Source: Phoronis australis (Eukaryota; Animalia; Phoronida). Taken from it: a DNA stretch of 64,000 nucleotides. The notes beneath the pieces are model-generated. The model saw only the letters and a list, made by a program, of their open reading frames with translations. It made no database searches and had not been told where the DNA came from. The DNA lies in the NCBI GenBank assembly GCA_002633005.1, contig NMRA01000187.1, forward strand, positions 92,191 through 156,190. The letters run 5' to 3'. Made by a program: the position numbers and the translations under genes. Each line of letters begins with the position of its first letter. Position 1 is the first letter of the stretch. This document shows positions 50,301 to 61,312 of this stretch, in pieces.

Positions 50301-53300
50301 CCAAACTTAAGATCTCTTTCTTGAAACGGACAAATTCAAGATTTATTTTGAAACTGACTTAAATTTAAGGTTGGTCTTAGCTTAGTTAGTTTTCTTGGAA
50401 CGTGCTCCGGAAATCGTTGTTTCTACTTGACATTGTGGCTTGAACATGTCTCTCAAAATTTACCAGGACTAGTGACGTCACTGTGAAATGCGCTTCCTTC
50501 CTGTGAAAATTTACAAATTAACCCTTACACTTGGGAGAATCTCGTTTCTGTTTGTAATTGATTAATTGAATCCCTAATGTTTGCTAAGAAGTAGTAGGAC
50601 TATCTGCTTTTGTTACAGCTTGCTGCATACTCTAAATACACAGGAAAACTCACACTTAGCTCCTCTGTAAAATTCAAATTTATTGTATTTCTTTCTCTAC
50701 GGGAGACAACATCTCTTAGGCTGTGTTTGAATTCATACATAAAATACTGTCTTCATGACCAAATGCCAAATGTGGGTCAAACATACATGTACATGACCTC
50801 CATTAAACAGCTATTGTTACAGTACAGTAATGTTCAGTGCCAATCTCTTCACCCTCCAGCCNCACACATACACACACACACACGCACAAGTAACCCATCT
50901 GTATGTACAGGTAACCTACTGTATCTATATCTAGATGTAACCCATCTGTATGTACATGTAACCTACTGTATCTATATCTAAATGTAACCCTGCGTATTTT
51001 TAGCGGCCTCCTCACATCCTATCTGGTACTAAAGGAAATGGGTAAAAAGAACGGAAAGATCAACTGGCTCATGTACTATGTCCACCGTTACATCAGGTAC
51101 ACTCTATGTTCAATAATGCCTCTCATATATTACATCCGGGCACATGGTGCTCCAGTAACAATATGTGACAGCACTTCCTGCAAAAGTCTTGATTTCCAAT
51201 GACATCAACATTGTGAAAAGACTCTAAGCCCGCATTAGTTATTTCTCGCTGATTAACTCAACAAAATAATTCGGATATTCTGATTGGTTTGAAGTAAACT
51301 TGTGACCTTAGGATGTATTTGATGGTGAGAGACGCTCGTTTGGCTTGCGGCTGTTATAACTGATCGATGTCATCTCGACACAAACTTGTGTTGATCAGTG
51401 ACTCACTCAAAATATAGTTCGCCTAACAAGGCAACATGCAAACTACTACAGTTCCCATACAATTATCGGACTACAAGTTTAGACAAACAACAAAAGAAAG
51501 ACGTTAGCCCACGGAACATTCTGACCCTTGCATATTGCCCCTCCTCCAAAATAGCGCTGTAATAAAGTCTGCATTAGACGGTTGCGAATCATGTTGCTCT
51601 TGATTTCAGACTTACGCCACCCTACATGTTCATTGTTATGGTGTATTCTTGTTTGCTGTACTACACAAACAGTGGTCCCATATGGCCAGTCCAGGACCAG
51701 GCGTGCCCAAAGAATTGGTGGACGAATGTGCTGTATATAAATAACTTTGTGAAATCGGGATCTACTGAGATGGTACGAATATTTTAACTGTAATAGTCCC
51801 ATTAATTATTTGGTGACTTCCTGTAGCCGTGGGTTTGGTGTGACGTGTGCGGACAAACTCTTTCGCCTTCACCAGATTCGAGGTTCGCTTAAGTCCTATT
51901 CTGGAAAGCAATGTGGCCATTGAAGACTGAGAAGGATGGTGGAAAATTGCCGGGGTGGGGGATGCCAAATTGACAACAGGGGACGGGGAGTTAATTTCCC
52001 GGCGAGGGGGGTCTAAAACTCTGTGTTGGGCTAAAACGGAGGTCAGTCAATTCCACTACTTCCGTTTCAATCACCAACTGCGAGTATGACATACCCTGTC
52101 TTTTGATGGAGGGCGCCCATGAACATATAAATGTATGTTACAATCCTCTTGATGGACAAAACCAAAGTTAGAACATTCAAATGTATGCTAGATACTCTTG
52201 ATGGACAGCACCCAAGAACATTTAAATGTGTGCTACATGCAACCACGTTTTTCACTTAGCTGCAAAACCAATTTTGTAGAATTGTCCATCTTCCTCTGGT
52301 TTAAGTGGTATTGCGAGTTTAGAATGGTGGAGTTGTTCTGAAAGCAACAAAGTGATAATCTTGATGAACCTTGACACATTTTGGATAGTGAAGAGTCATA
52401 ACACACTATAATTGACTTCTGTTTCAGTGCATGGCCTGGTCATGGTATCTGGCTAATGATATGCAGTTCTACGTGATAGCACCGCTTTTCATCATCCCTC
52501 TATTCAAGTAAGTTTTTCGTCACAATGCCAATCTTCATCACCCCTCTATTCAAGTAAGTTCTACGGCATCATGTCGCTCTTCACCATCTCTCTTTTCAAG
52601 TTCTACGTCATCATGTCGCTCTTCATCATCTCCCTATTCACGTTAGTTCTACGTCATAATGCTTGTCTTCATCATCTCCCTATCCACGTTAGTTCTACGT
52701 CATAATGTCCGTCTTCACCATCTCGCTATTCACGTTAGTTCTACGTCATAATGTCCGTCTTCACCATCTCCCTATTCACGTCAGTTCTACGTCATAATGT
52801 ACGTCTTCATCATCTCCCTGTTCACGTTGGTTCTGCGCTTTAATGTCGCTCTTCAGCATCCCTCCATTCAAGTAATTAGTTCTAAGCCACAATGCCGCCT
52901 CCCGTTCAGTAACGCTAGGACCTCGCTAAAAAGCAAGACTTCGCGAGATTACGTGAGATATTGCCGTGTATTTTAAATGAGAACACGTGACTTTGACTTG
53001 GTTTTAGCTAGGTCCTAGCGTAGGTCCTAGCGTCTACTGAACGCACGCCCGCTCTTTATCACCCCTCTGTTCAAGTAATTAGTTCTAAGCCACAATGCCG
53101 CTCTTTATCACCCCTCTGTTCAAGTAATTAGTTCTAAGCCACAATGCCGCTCTTTATCACCCCTCTGTTCAAGTAATTAGTTCTAAGACACAATGCCGCT
53201 CTTTATCACCCCTCTGTTCAAGTAAGGTCTACGTCATAGTGTTGCTCTTCACTGTTCAATAAGAGCAATACACAGCTATGCATGTCACAAGATTGGTTTT

Positions 53301-56300
53301 TCAATTTACTTCATTGAAGCATGTTGCGTTGGAAAGACTTTCAAAAATTAGTTCTATCCTCAATTGAATCCAATAAGCACTTGAAAAAATAATAGCATTG
53401 ACAATTTCTTTAAAGGCGAAGTCAACCTTTTTTCATGTCATTTTTAACAAAAATAAGGTTCGTTGATTATCCCAGACATATTTTTTCATTTAATTACAGT
53501 TTTTGTAATTTAATTGATTATTCGTCCTTTACTCCGGAAGAATTTCGCGCCAATTTCTTTTCATATAGTCTGACTGTGAGGGCCTCCGAGTCCGTCATTG
53601 TTCTACCTCTGTTGTGATAAGTTCGGTCGTCGTTTACTTTTGGTCACATGTACATGTACTTGTACATATACGAGTACTTTAGCTGTGTTTCAATTCATAG
53701 TTTTGTACATAAGGAGCCTGTTCCAACAAAACTGTCTTAGCTAAGACAAATCTTAAATTATAGTAATTTTTAAGATAAAACTTAAATTTGTCTCGGGACC
53801 GTATCAAAACAGAAGTCTTAAAGTTGAATTAAGTTTTTGATAAAAGGTTTGTCTTAGTTTTAACTATCTTAACGGATGTCGAAATTTCAAAGTATGGTAG
53901 TTAAGACAAATTTTAGATTTAAGTCAAAAATGAACTAACATGTAAGTCAATTTCTTGGAACAATGCCAAGTTCTACGTATTAACCTTAAACGTGTTTAAG
54001 GTCATTCACCAGTATTAAGGTTATACCACAGAAAGTGTGTGGCTTGTCACTCTACTCAGCAATGACGACAGTGTCCGGGTCTGATTTCAACATCTTACAA
54101 TTCTGTTTTCAGATTCACGTATTTGGGCTCTGGATGGGTGTTTCTAGCTACACTGGGCAGTATTATATCTACAGGTGTTATATCAAGTGTGAACCACGTG
54201 GGACCTGGCGGTATGATGCCTGGAGATGGCAGTAAACCGTAAGTAGACGGAGATATGATGACAAGTTGGTGAATTTTCAACAAGTGGAATTGTGGCTGAA
54301 TTCCAGTTGGCGAGAATCGTGACTGGTGTTCCCTCGGGCCTCGTAGGGGTGTTTACTGAGGCCTCATACCGATGTTGGCTTGGGCCTGGTACGGGTGTTT
54401 GCTAGCTGGGGTCTTGAAGATACAGCTTTCCATGTATTTGGTTGCACAATACGTCATTAAAGGTGATAACCAGCCAATTTATTTTACGGTTGAAATGGCG
54501 AGAGTCGTGACGATTGTTCGCTGGGCCTATAGCGGCTACGGCTGTTGGCCGGGGTCTAATACAGGTGTTTGCTGAGGCCTGGTTCGGGTTTTCGCTGGGT
54601 CCTCGTAGGCTACAGCTGTTCGCTGGACCCTTCAATATAGGAATTTCAGTGTAATTGGTTGCGCAATACGTCACTAAAAAGTGGAATCTGTCCAATTTAT
54701 ATTTAGCTGCTCTCTGCGTAATTCTTTTTTGGGTTGTGCAAGCCCCCGCAGCTATACACCCTACATTTGTCGATATTGTTCCAAGCTCACCCAGTCATTG
54801 TACCCTCCATATGGCGATATTGTTCTAAGCCCACACAGTCACTGATGCGACGATGTTGTTCCACGGCCATGTAGTCATAGACTCTGCGTGTGATTTTTTA
54901 AACTTGATTAACTGTTTTGAACGCACAGCTTGGTAATTTTTCTCCATACGAAGTTGGATCACACTTTCTCCTGCAAAAATTAGTACACTGACTTGGGCAT
55001 TATGACTCGGTAAAATATTTGGTTCTTTGGTTACAGTGGATCCGGACGTGATCTTCGCTAAAATGAGCCCCGCCTATTGAGCGATAAGCATATCTTTCCA
55101 TATAGACTCTATTCACGCGGCGGACATTAAAATCCAAAGCGAGGCTCACTGCGATAAACAAAGCGGAAATTTACATTGCGTGAGTTAAATGGTCGGTCTT
55201 TGGAGTCCAACCTGAATATTAAATCTTAAAAAAGTGTCAATAATTAACCACAGAGACGTAGAAAATACAGTTAAAGAACAAGTCAATGCACCAAAGAGTT
55301 GTCTGACGAAAGGATATAGGTTTTTTTCCGGAAAACTATGTTCGAAACGTGAAAAGTAAACATGACCAAATTGCGGCGATCGTAGTGTTACGGATTAGGT
55401 ATCATGCTGAATGCAGGGTTACGTTTCTTCTAATAAATTCTTGATAAAAATGCTTTCTACACAAACCAGGTCATCTGGTCGTATTGTTGACGATTTGAAG
55501 ATATATTTGACAGTGATGGCTCATAGCATTTTGCTGTCATGTACAATTAGTCTCAGCTGGTTTAATTTGTTGATCAAGAGTAGGCCAATTAGCTTCAAGC
55601 ATAGCCTAGGTCCTGGTGAGGTAAGCACTACCGGGACTAACAGTTGATTTGTCATTGATCTGAAATAATACTTGATGTTATTAAATATCTATTTTGATTA
55701 CGATAAAAAACTAGGCTTGCAATTGAAAATAAAAATTACATGACCATCAATTCTGCTTTCTTGATTTTAATAATTACGTCTATTTCATGTGTTATATTTT
55801 TCAAATATCAGTCTCGACCAAATTAAATTTTAAAATTAAAACACCTAATTCTTTCGTCCAAAGCATAACCTCGTATTTGAGCTCAATTTCAGTTAACTGG
55901 ACAGAACACAGTGGCAGATTTAGAGGGGAGCCAGGGGGCTATGCCCCAGCACCCCCCCCCCCCTAAAATTTTCCCACACTCCATTTGGCAGTTCAGGAGC
56001 GCGAATTTCTGTCTGGCAAAATCCTGGCTAATACTCTGCCTTGCCCACCCCCCTAACTCAAAGTCCTGGATCCCCCTGGAACAAGCATAGTTATCATATT
56101 TATTCAGAGGCCTCGTTCATATCCGAGGGGAAAGGTGCCTCGTGTGTGTGCGGCCTTCTGAGTGACGTTTCGCCGAGTGACGGGTCAGTGAAAACTCTAC
56201 TGACCTCCCGATCAACATCAATAGCACCCCGCCCTTTTGCAAGGTCTCATAGCTCTGTCTCAAGTAGCATTTTCAGTGGCTGATCTAGGATACCATATAG

Positions 56301-59300
56301 GTCTAGTGAAGGGGGCCCGACATCCTCGGAAAAGCGGGCAAAGTGCGATTGTATGCAGGCAGGCAGTCCGGAAGTTGCGGGCGTCGAGGATGTATACCTT
56401 CTGCTCAGGAAATCTGCCGTTGGACTAAAAGAATAAATAAGAACGTGTTTTCCCCACTCGTCCGCCTAGCTCGAACTCAGTTCAAGCTAGTTTCCTCCCG
56501 CTTCACGTTTTATTGCTAGTTTATTTTGCTTGCGGCCCCTCCCCCTAAATCCGCCTATGATTTTGTACTTTTTCAAATTGTCACCTCTTTGGTCACAGGT
56601 GATTTGAACCGTTGGAGAGAATATTTCAATCACAAAGGGGATTTTTAGGCCTCGTGGCCGGGAATTTCGCTTGATTTTTCAATATTTTTGAGAGGGGAAT
56701 AGGGTCGATATTTGGCCCCAAAATTGAGGGATTGAGGGCCCTGTTCTTTTTGTAAAGAAAAATGCATCGCGCTTCAACCCATAGTCATGGAAACACCGTC
56801 AGCCTGGCTGGCCGAAGATTCTCCGGTCCTCGTTGCTATGGCGGCATCCAGTCCAAGATGCAACAAATTATGATTCGAAAACAGTAATAAATTTTACACG
56901 GACATATTTTCCTTCGTCGCAGCGTATGGTAAGGACCCAACGCTTCCGAATCCCAACGTCCTTAGGGATTGTAAAACAGATTGTCCGTATTTTTTCTAGC
57001 TGTTCGAGCAACGCGGTGTACCGGCGACTACGCGGATAAGCCACCAGAGCTATCGTAGCGAGCCTCGTTTTGGAACGCGCCTCCTGTCGGCGTGAATAGG
57101 CTCTATACTCGGTCAATGGATTTACCCGAGTTCGTGAATGAGATTCTGGAAGTTTTTCCGTATACGCAGGTGCTCGCGAGTAACTCTGGTGTGATCACAT
57201 GCTTTGTTTATGATGTATTACATTATCCCTGCGCGATATCGCTCTCGCGGTCAGATGAGATTTGCACAGCTGAACGCAACCCAGGTTTTTGGGACGATGC
57301 CCTGCTGCGAGCAAAGGTGGCGGCACACAGGACCTCCCTGTCCGCCTTTTAACACTAAGTCACCACCAGTTAATCTTTTTGGTTTTAACTCGCTTCCCCG
57401 TTTATAAGGAACGTCATTCTTGGAATACTGGGATCACGTTTGACCGACCTTATAGTGAGTCATGACTGTGCTGTGTACTTGCAGAGCTGACTTCTGGACA
57501 CTAGTATACATACACCCATGGACTCGCCTGCAGGCGTATACAGTCGGCATTTACGTAGGATTCTTGCTATATAAAACGAAGTGTCAGTATAGAATGAACA
57601 TCGTAAGTATGGTTTATAGCTCATGTTGCTTTAAATTGGATCGTGACGCGTTGTCTTTGCTGTAACAATGATACTTTTCTTTGGGAAAGAAAATCTGAGG
57701 CTGAACGTTTCGATCAATCTTATATAACTAGACTACAATGGTGTTTCTTGGTTTCAAAATGACTGAAGTGGTAGCCGTAGTTTGCCTTCTATTATGTGTC
57801 TGACTTGTTTTTTAATCATATGAAGTACACGGCAGTGCTGGTATTTATGCACAGATCTGATAAAACACGCGGTAGTGTTGTTTAATTGTACACACGTCCT
57901 ATCAAACGCGATCAAGATAGTGTTGTTTATTTGTTCTCGCATCTGCATGGGGAAACACAGGGCAGTCTTTACTTGAGCGTGTGTGTTAAGTGAGTTATGA
58001 GACAGTACTGTGTTGAGTTTAATTACATGTAGTTTTGTCTTGAAATGAAGTTCAATGTATTTGAATGTGTCATTTAGGCCGGTACACTGACAAGCTATGT
58101 GAGGTATTAACAGGTGTATGCCGACTCTACAAGCGTTACGTTCATGTTGCAGATCATAAATCTTCTTGGTTGGGCTCTAGCAGCCTTTCTCTGCTCGTCA
58201 ACTTTATACGGTCTTTATGGTCCTTTTAATAACGATCCCTGGAGCAATGATCTGGCTGCTTTCTACAACGCCACCTGGCGGTTCGCGTGGTCCGCTGGTC
58301 TTGGATGGGTTATATTCGCCTGTTGCACGGGAAATGGAGGTAGATTTCCTTACGTTTTGAGAGAATTCCGGGGGTGTGGTTCTTTGAACCAGAAGCGCCG
58401 CGTTGTTCCGTTTTTAGTCGCGCCCTCAGAAGTGTTAAAACTCCTGAACCCTCGTAGAGCTGTCATTTGTTAATGGGTATATTGTAAGAACTACTCGTGA
58501 ACAAAAAGCGAATAAATGCTGCCTACAGGTATTAATGCATTTGACATCAACTTCAAAATTACGACTTCCTCTTAATATCATGATATTGTTTTACAAACTC
58601 CAATTAATAGGTGTACCAGGAAACCCAACCTGAAACGTGTCCTGGTCTGTTACTTCTTAATACACGAAATGCGCCCTTCTGCTTGTTAGTTGTTAGCTAT
58701 AGGAGGCACAAAATTGTCAATTTACTCTCTCTGTCTCTCACTCTTTCAGGTCCCGTCAATGCCCTCTTGTCTTGGAAGGGTATGATACCTCTAAGCCGGC
58801 TCACCTACTGTTCCTATCTCGTTCACCCCGCAATTATGATTTGGATATATAACTCACAACAGACTCTAATCATGCTAACAATACCCAACATTGTAAGTAC
58901 ACAACACAGAGACTATGTTGCAAAAATAAGTGACCTCTTAGGAAGTGTTCTAGGAATAGACACTTACAAAATTCAACTCCCGTCTGTTGTTGGGGTAAAA
59001 AAAAATCAGAGTAGAGTACAGTGTGCGATTGACTTATTAGTTTTGTGTGGTTAGGGCGCCGAGAAGGATAGCAATGAATAGCGAAGATTAAAATGATGAA
59101 AACCTTGGCAGGGTTGTATAGGCAACTCGAGTACACTGCAGATTAGGGGGGCTGATCAACAATAGGAATATGAACTGTTGAAGAAAAACAAACCTGAAGC
59201 TTATCTCTGTGTATAGAGTACTAAGTGTTTTGTTACCGGTATCATACCCCTGTGTACGATTTCACGTGTTATGTGGATAAACTACTAGCGTGACTGAAGT

Positions 59301-59778
59301 AAACAAGTTATATTAATAGCTCTACTGAAGTAAACAAGTTATATAACTGGCATGACTGAAGTAAGCAAGTTATATTACTACCGTGACTGAAACAAACAAG
59401 TTATATTGCTATCATGACTGAAGTAAGCAAGTTATACAAACTGTATAACTACCGTGACTGAAGTAAACAAGTTATATTACTAGCATGACAGAAGTAAACA
59501 AGTAATATTAATAGGGTGACTGAAGTAAACAACTACAACCGTGACTGAAGTAAACACGTTATATTACTAGCATGACTGAAGTAAACACGTTATATTACTA
59601 GCATGACAGAAGTAAACAAGTTATATTTTGGACCGATTCTATCTGCTTTCTTTTCTTACAGATCTATTTTTTCTTCGGACATTTAGTTGCTGCCTACAGT
59701 GTCGCCTTCGTCGCCTCCCTTCTCTTTGAGTCGCCAATAATGGGTGTAGAGAAAGTGCTACTGGGCAAATACAAATAG
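40991..59778 (+). CDS. nrf-6: Nose resistant to fluoxetine 6 (NRF-6)-like / O-acyltransferase-like protein (signal peptide, NRF domain, acyltransferase-3 multi-TM domain), 15 exons, 730 aa
   Basis: Exons 40991-41360, 41748-41932, 44538-44613, 45810-45927, 48392-48537, 48830-49006, 49724-49817, 51004-51096, 51610-51772, 52428-52507, 54113-54238, 57485-57602, 58153-58339, 58750-58892, 59662-59778 total 2193 nt with consistent phases. Motifs: WALQMLDAMGKP, WLGSYSEC, GVCVPDVCS, GIRVLSMMWVVLGH, VDSFFVLSG, HRYIRLTP, WYLANDMQFY, PLSRLTYCSYLVHP, FESP. The symbol denotes the family, not proven orthology. Confidence 0.95.
41748..41932 (+). CDS. NRF-6-like exon 2 (LDAMGKP...WLGSYSEC...GQYC)
   Basis: NRF domain motifs, GT-AG. 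Confidence 0.93.
44538..44613 (+). CDS. NRF-6-like exon 3 (KTTLSIGVCVPDVCSTDD)
   Basis: GxCxPxxCS motif, GT-AG. Confidence 0.9.
45810..45927 (+). CDS. NRF-6-like exon 4 (IATIG...TCQKNDKPLNTRAIVAV)
   Basis: phase 1-2 bridges exons 3 and 5. Confidence 0.85.
47024..47111. mobile_element. 88-bp P/Galileo-type MITE
   Basis: TIR CATAGACTATAG / CTATAATCTATG, exact 7-bp TSD GTGAAAC. Confidence 0.7.
48392..48537 (+). CDS. NRF-6-like exon 5 (AIVSVIVGLVLVGSLYD...)
   Basis: TM helix with GSLYD, GT-AG. Confidence 0.9.
48830..49006 (+). CDS. NRF-6-like exon 6 (FSAYTN...GIRVLSMMWVVLGH)
   Basis: acyltransferase-3 N-terminal motif. Confidence 0.94.
49724..49817 (+). CDS. NRF-6-like exon 7 (NATVSVDSFFVLS)
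   Basis: VDxFFxLSG motif. Confidence 0.93.
50188..50408. mobile_element. MITE related to 53713-53967
   Basis: imperfect TIRs ...CCGTTGCAAGGAA / TTTCTTGGAACG..., CTTAAG-rich interior. Confidence 0.5.
51004..51096 (+). CDS. NRF-6-like exon 8 (GLLTSY...YVHRYIR)
   Basis: HRYIR motif, phase 2-2. Confidence 0.93.
51610..51772 (+). CDS. NRF-6-like exon 9 (LTPPY...CPKNWWTNVLYINNF)
   Basis: WWxNxLYINNF motif. Confidence 0.94.
52428..52507 (+). CDS. NRF-6-like exon 10 (CMAWSWYLANDMQFYVIAPLFIIPLFK)
   Basis: WYLANDMQF motif. Confidence 0.94.
52508..53250. repeat. about 45-50-bp tandem array derived from the NRF-6 exon 10 donor junction
   Basis: units resemble GTTCTACGTGATAGCACCGCTTTTCATCATCCCTCTATTCAA|GTAAGT. 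Confidence 0.9.
53414..53640. mobile_element. partial copy of the Kolobok-like element
   Basis: reverse complement of about 61060-61312, preceded by TTAA. Confidence 0.6.
53713..53967. mobile_element. MITE, inverted relative of 50188-50408
   Basis: GGAGCCTGTTCCAACAAAAC ... TTTCTTGGAACA. Confidence 0.5.
54113..54238 (+). CDS. NRF-6-like exon 11
   Basis: TM segment, phase 2-2, GT-AG. Confidence 0.85.
55104..57104 (-). mobile_element. THAP-remnant TIR transposon (ISL2EU-like), copy B, inverted relative to copy A
   Basis: collinear with 27742-29414; AT dinucleotide on both flanks; extra insertion at about 56275-56560. Confidence 0.78.
57485..57602 (+). CDS. NRF-6-like exon 12 (YIHPWTRLQAYTVG)
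   Basis: YxxPWxR motif. Confidence 0.93.
58153..58339 (+). CDS. NRF-6-like exon 13 (IINLLGW...WVIFACCTGNGG)
   Basis: WVIFAC motif. Confidence 0.93.
58750..58892 (+). CDS. NRF-6-like exon 14 (PVNALLSW...PLSRLTYCSYLVHP)
   Basis: PLSRLTY motif. Confidence 0.94.
59290..59627. repeat. 33-bp minisatellite upstream of the last NRF-6 exon
   Basis: CATGACTGAAGTAAACAAGTTATATTACTAG-type units. Confidence 0.9.
59662..59778 (+). CDS. NRF-6-like exon 15 (…FESPIMGVEKVLLGKYK*)
   Basis: FExP motif, TAG stop. Confidence 0.93.
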   Translation: MYFFFGHLVAAYSVAFVASLLFESPIMGVEKVLLGKYK

Positions 59779-60218
59779 TATCTCGTCTGCTGGCGGTTTC
59801 TACATGAAACTCCAACAACGTTTTGTAAAGTGATTACTCTGTCTCTTGTACATTCTGGAGACGGAATATCAGTGATTCCCATACGCTTTGGATCTAACTG
59901 TTAAGTCAACGTCTGATTGTATATACATGTGGTCTGCAGATAAACTGTATTGTGGTCATGAAACATGCGTGCCTAATTGTGTACAGTAACAGGTGTTTTC
60001 AAATATGGCGACCAAATGAACCAGGCAATGGCTCACGTCATGGGACAAAATGTCGTCATAAGAACAACAAAATGTCACGTGACACAAATCTGAGCATTTA
60101 GCCCAACATGTTCAACGCCTGTGAATTTTATTCTGCAAGAACATAGAATTTCCTAAAGTAGAAAATGTTTGCTGTTTTACCAAGTTGTGTTACTTGGGTC
60201 ACGTGACGTCTTTTAGTA

Positions 60219-60228
60219 AATAAATAAA
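60219..60228 (+). terminator. candidate polyadenylation signal (overlapping AATAAA) of the NRF-6-like gene
   Basis: AATAAATAAA about 440 nt after the stop codon. Confidence 0.4.
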
Positions 60229-60446
60229 TATTTGCAAAAAAGAAAGGCACGTTCATAGCGAAACAACGGTATTAATAATATGATGAAAGACCGTTGCATA
60301 TAATTCTTGAAAATGAAATACTAGAATATGCTGCATGAAATACTAAAGGCGCTGATACAATTTTCTAAATTCTCAGTTTTGTGCTTTTCAATTAAAAGCT
60401 ATAAGTCTCGAATTTATAACCCCTCGCACCACAGATGAGCATTTAA

Positions 60447-61312
60447 AGGCAAACCTTAACTGTTTTGTAAGAACAGTGCATAAAGTATTTGTTTTGTCGC
60501 CACTTGGAAAGTCTGCTTACCGGAAACTGCTCTTGTCAACTTGGATCGCTTCATTGATCGACTTTTGTCAACCTGTGTCTTCTGCTTTCTATTCTTGTCA
60601 ACTTGGATCGCCTGATGACCCAGCGATTTTTTGTCTCAGCGCGAGCAGAACAATACAGCATTGTAGCCATGTTCACACCCATGACAGAATCGTCAATTGT
60701 ATTGTTTCCGTCCACCTGTCTCAGTCCATATCACTTTTTCAACGCCAAAGCTTTTTCGACGATGTTAAATATGCTCATTGATGCATTGTGCCATGTTATT
60801 TAACTATTTTCTCTGTAGTCGTTAAAGCTCTGTGCATAATGTTTTATGTGAATATATTCTCGTACAGCGAGTTATTGTCGTCACTCATAGGTAATGACAC
60901 GAGCAATTAGCTGTGCACGTGAAGAGATGAAATGTTATATGTGGAAGACTATTGTTTTTAAACTTTATCATATTAAAATCTGGCCGTAACGTAGTGTATG
61001 CCCTGAACGTTTGGAGGTACATCCCAGCACGCAGCAACTCTGTGTCATATTGGCTGACTCGTAAACAAAAGCAAACGACGACCGAACTTATCACAACAGA
61101 GGTAGGAAAATGACTGACACGGCAGCTCTCACAGTCAAACTATATGAACATAAATTGGTGCAAAATTCTTGCCTCCTAAAACGTCACTTCCGGAGTAGAG
61201 AACGAATAATTGATTAAATTACAAAAAGCTGCAATTGATTGAAAAATATGTCTGGGATAATTAACGAACCTTATTTTTGCTAAAAATGACATGAAAAAGG
61301 TTGCCTTCGCCT
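60447..61312. mobile_element. Kolobok-like non-autonomous element (TTAA TSD)
   Basis: TTAA|AGGC ... GCCT|TTAA; right end matches an inverted partial copy at about 53414-53640. Confidence 0.6.

Noticed and set aside
57695-57725. Minus-strand GATCGAAACGTTC as half of a hammerhead
   Set aside because: No CUGANGA partner nearby
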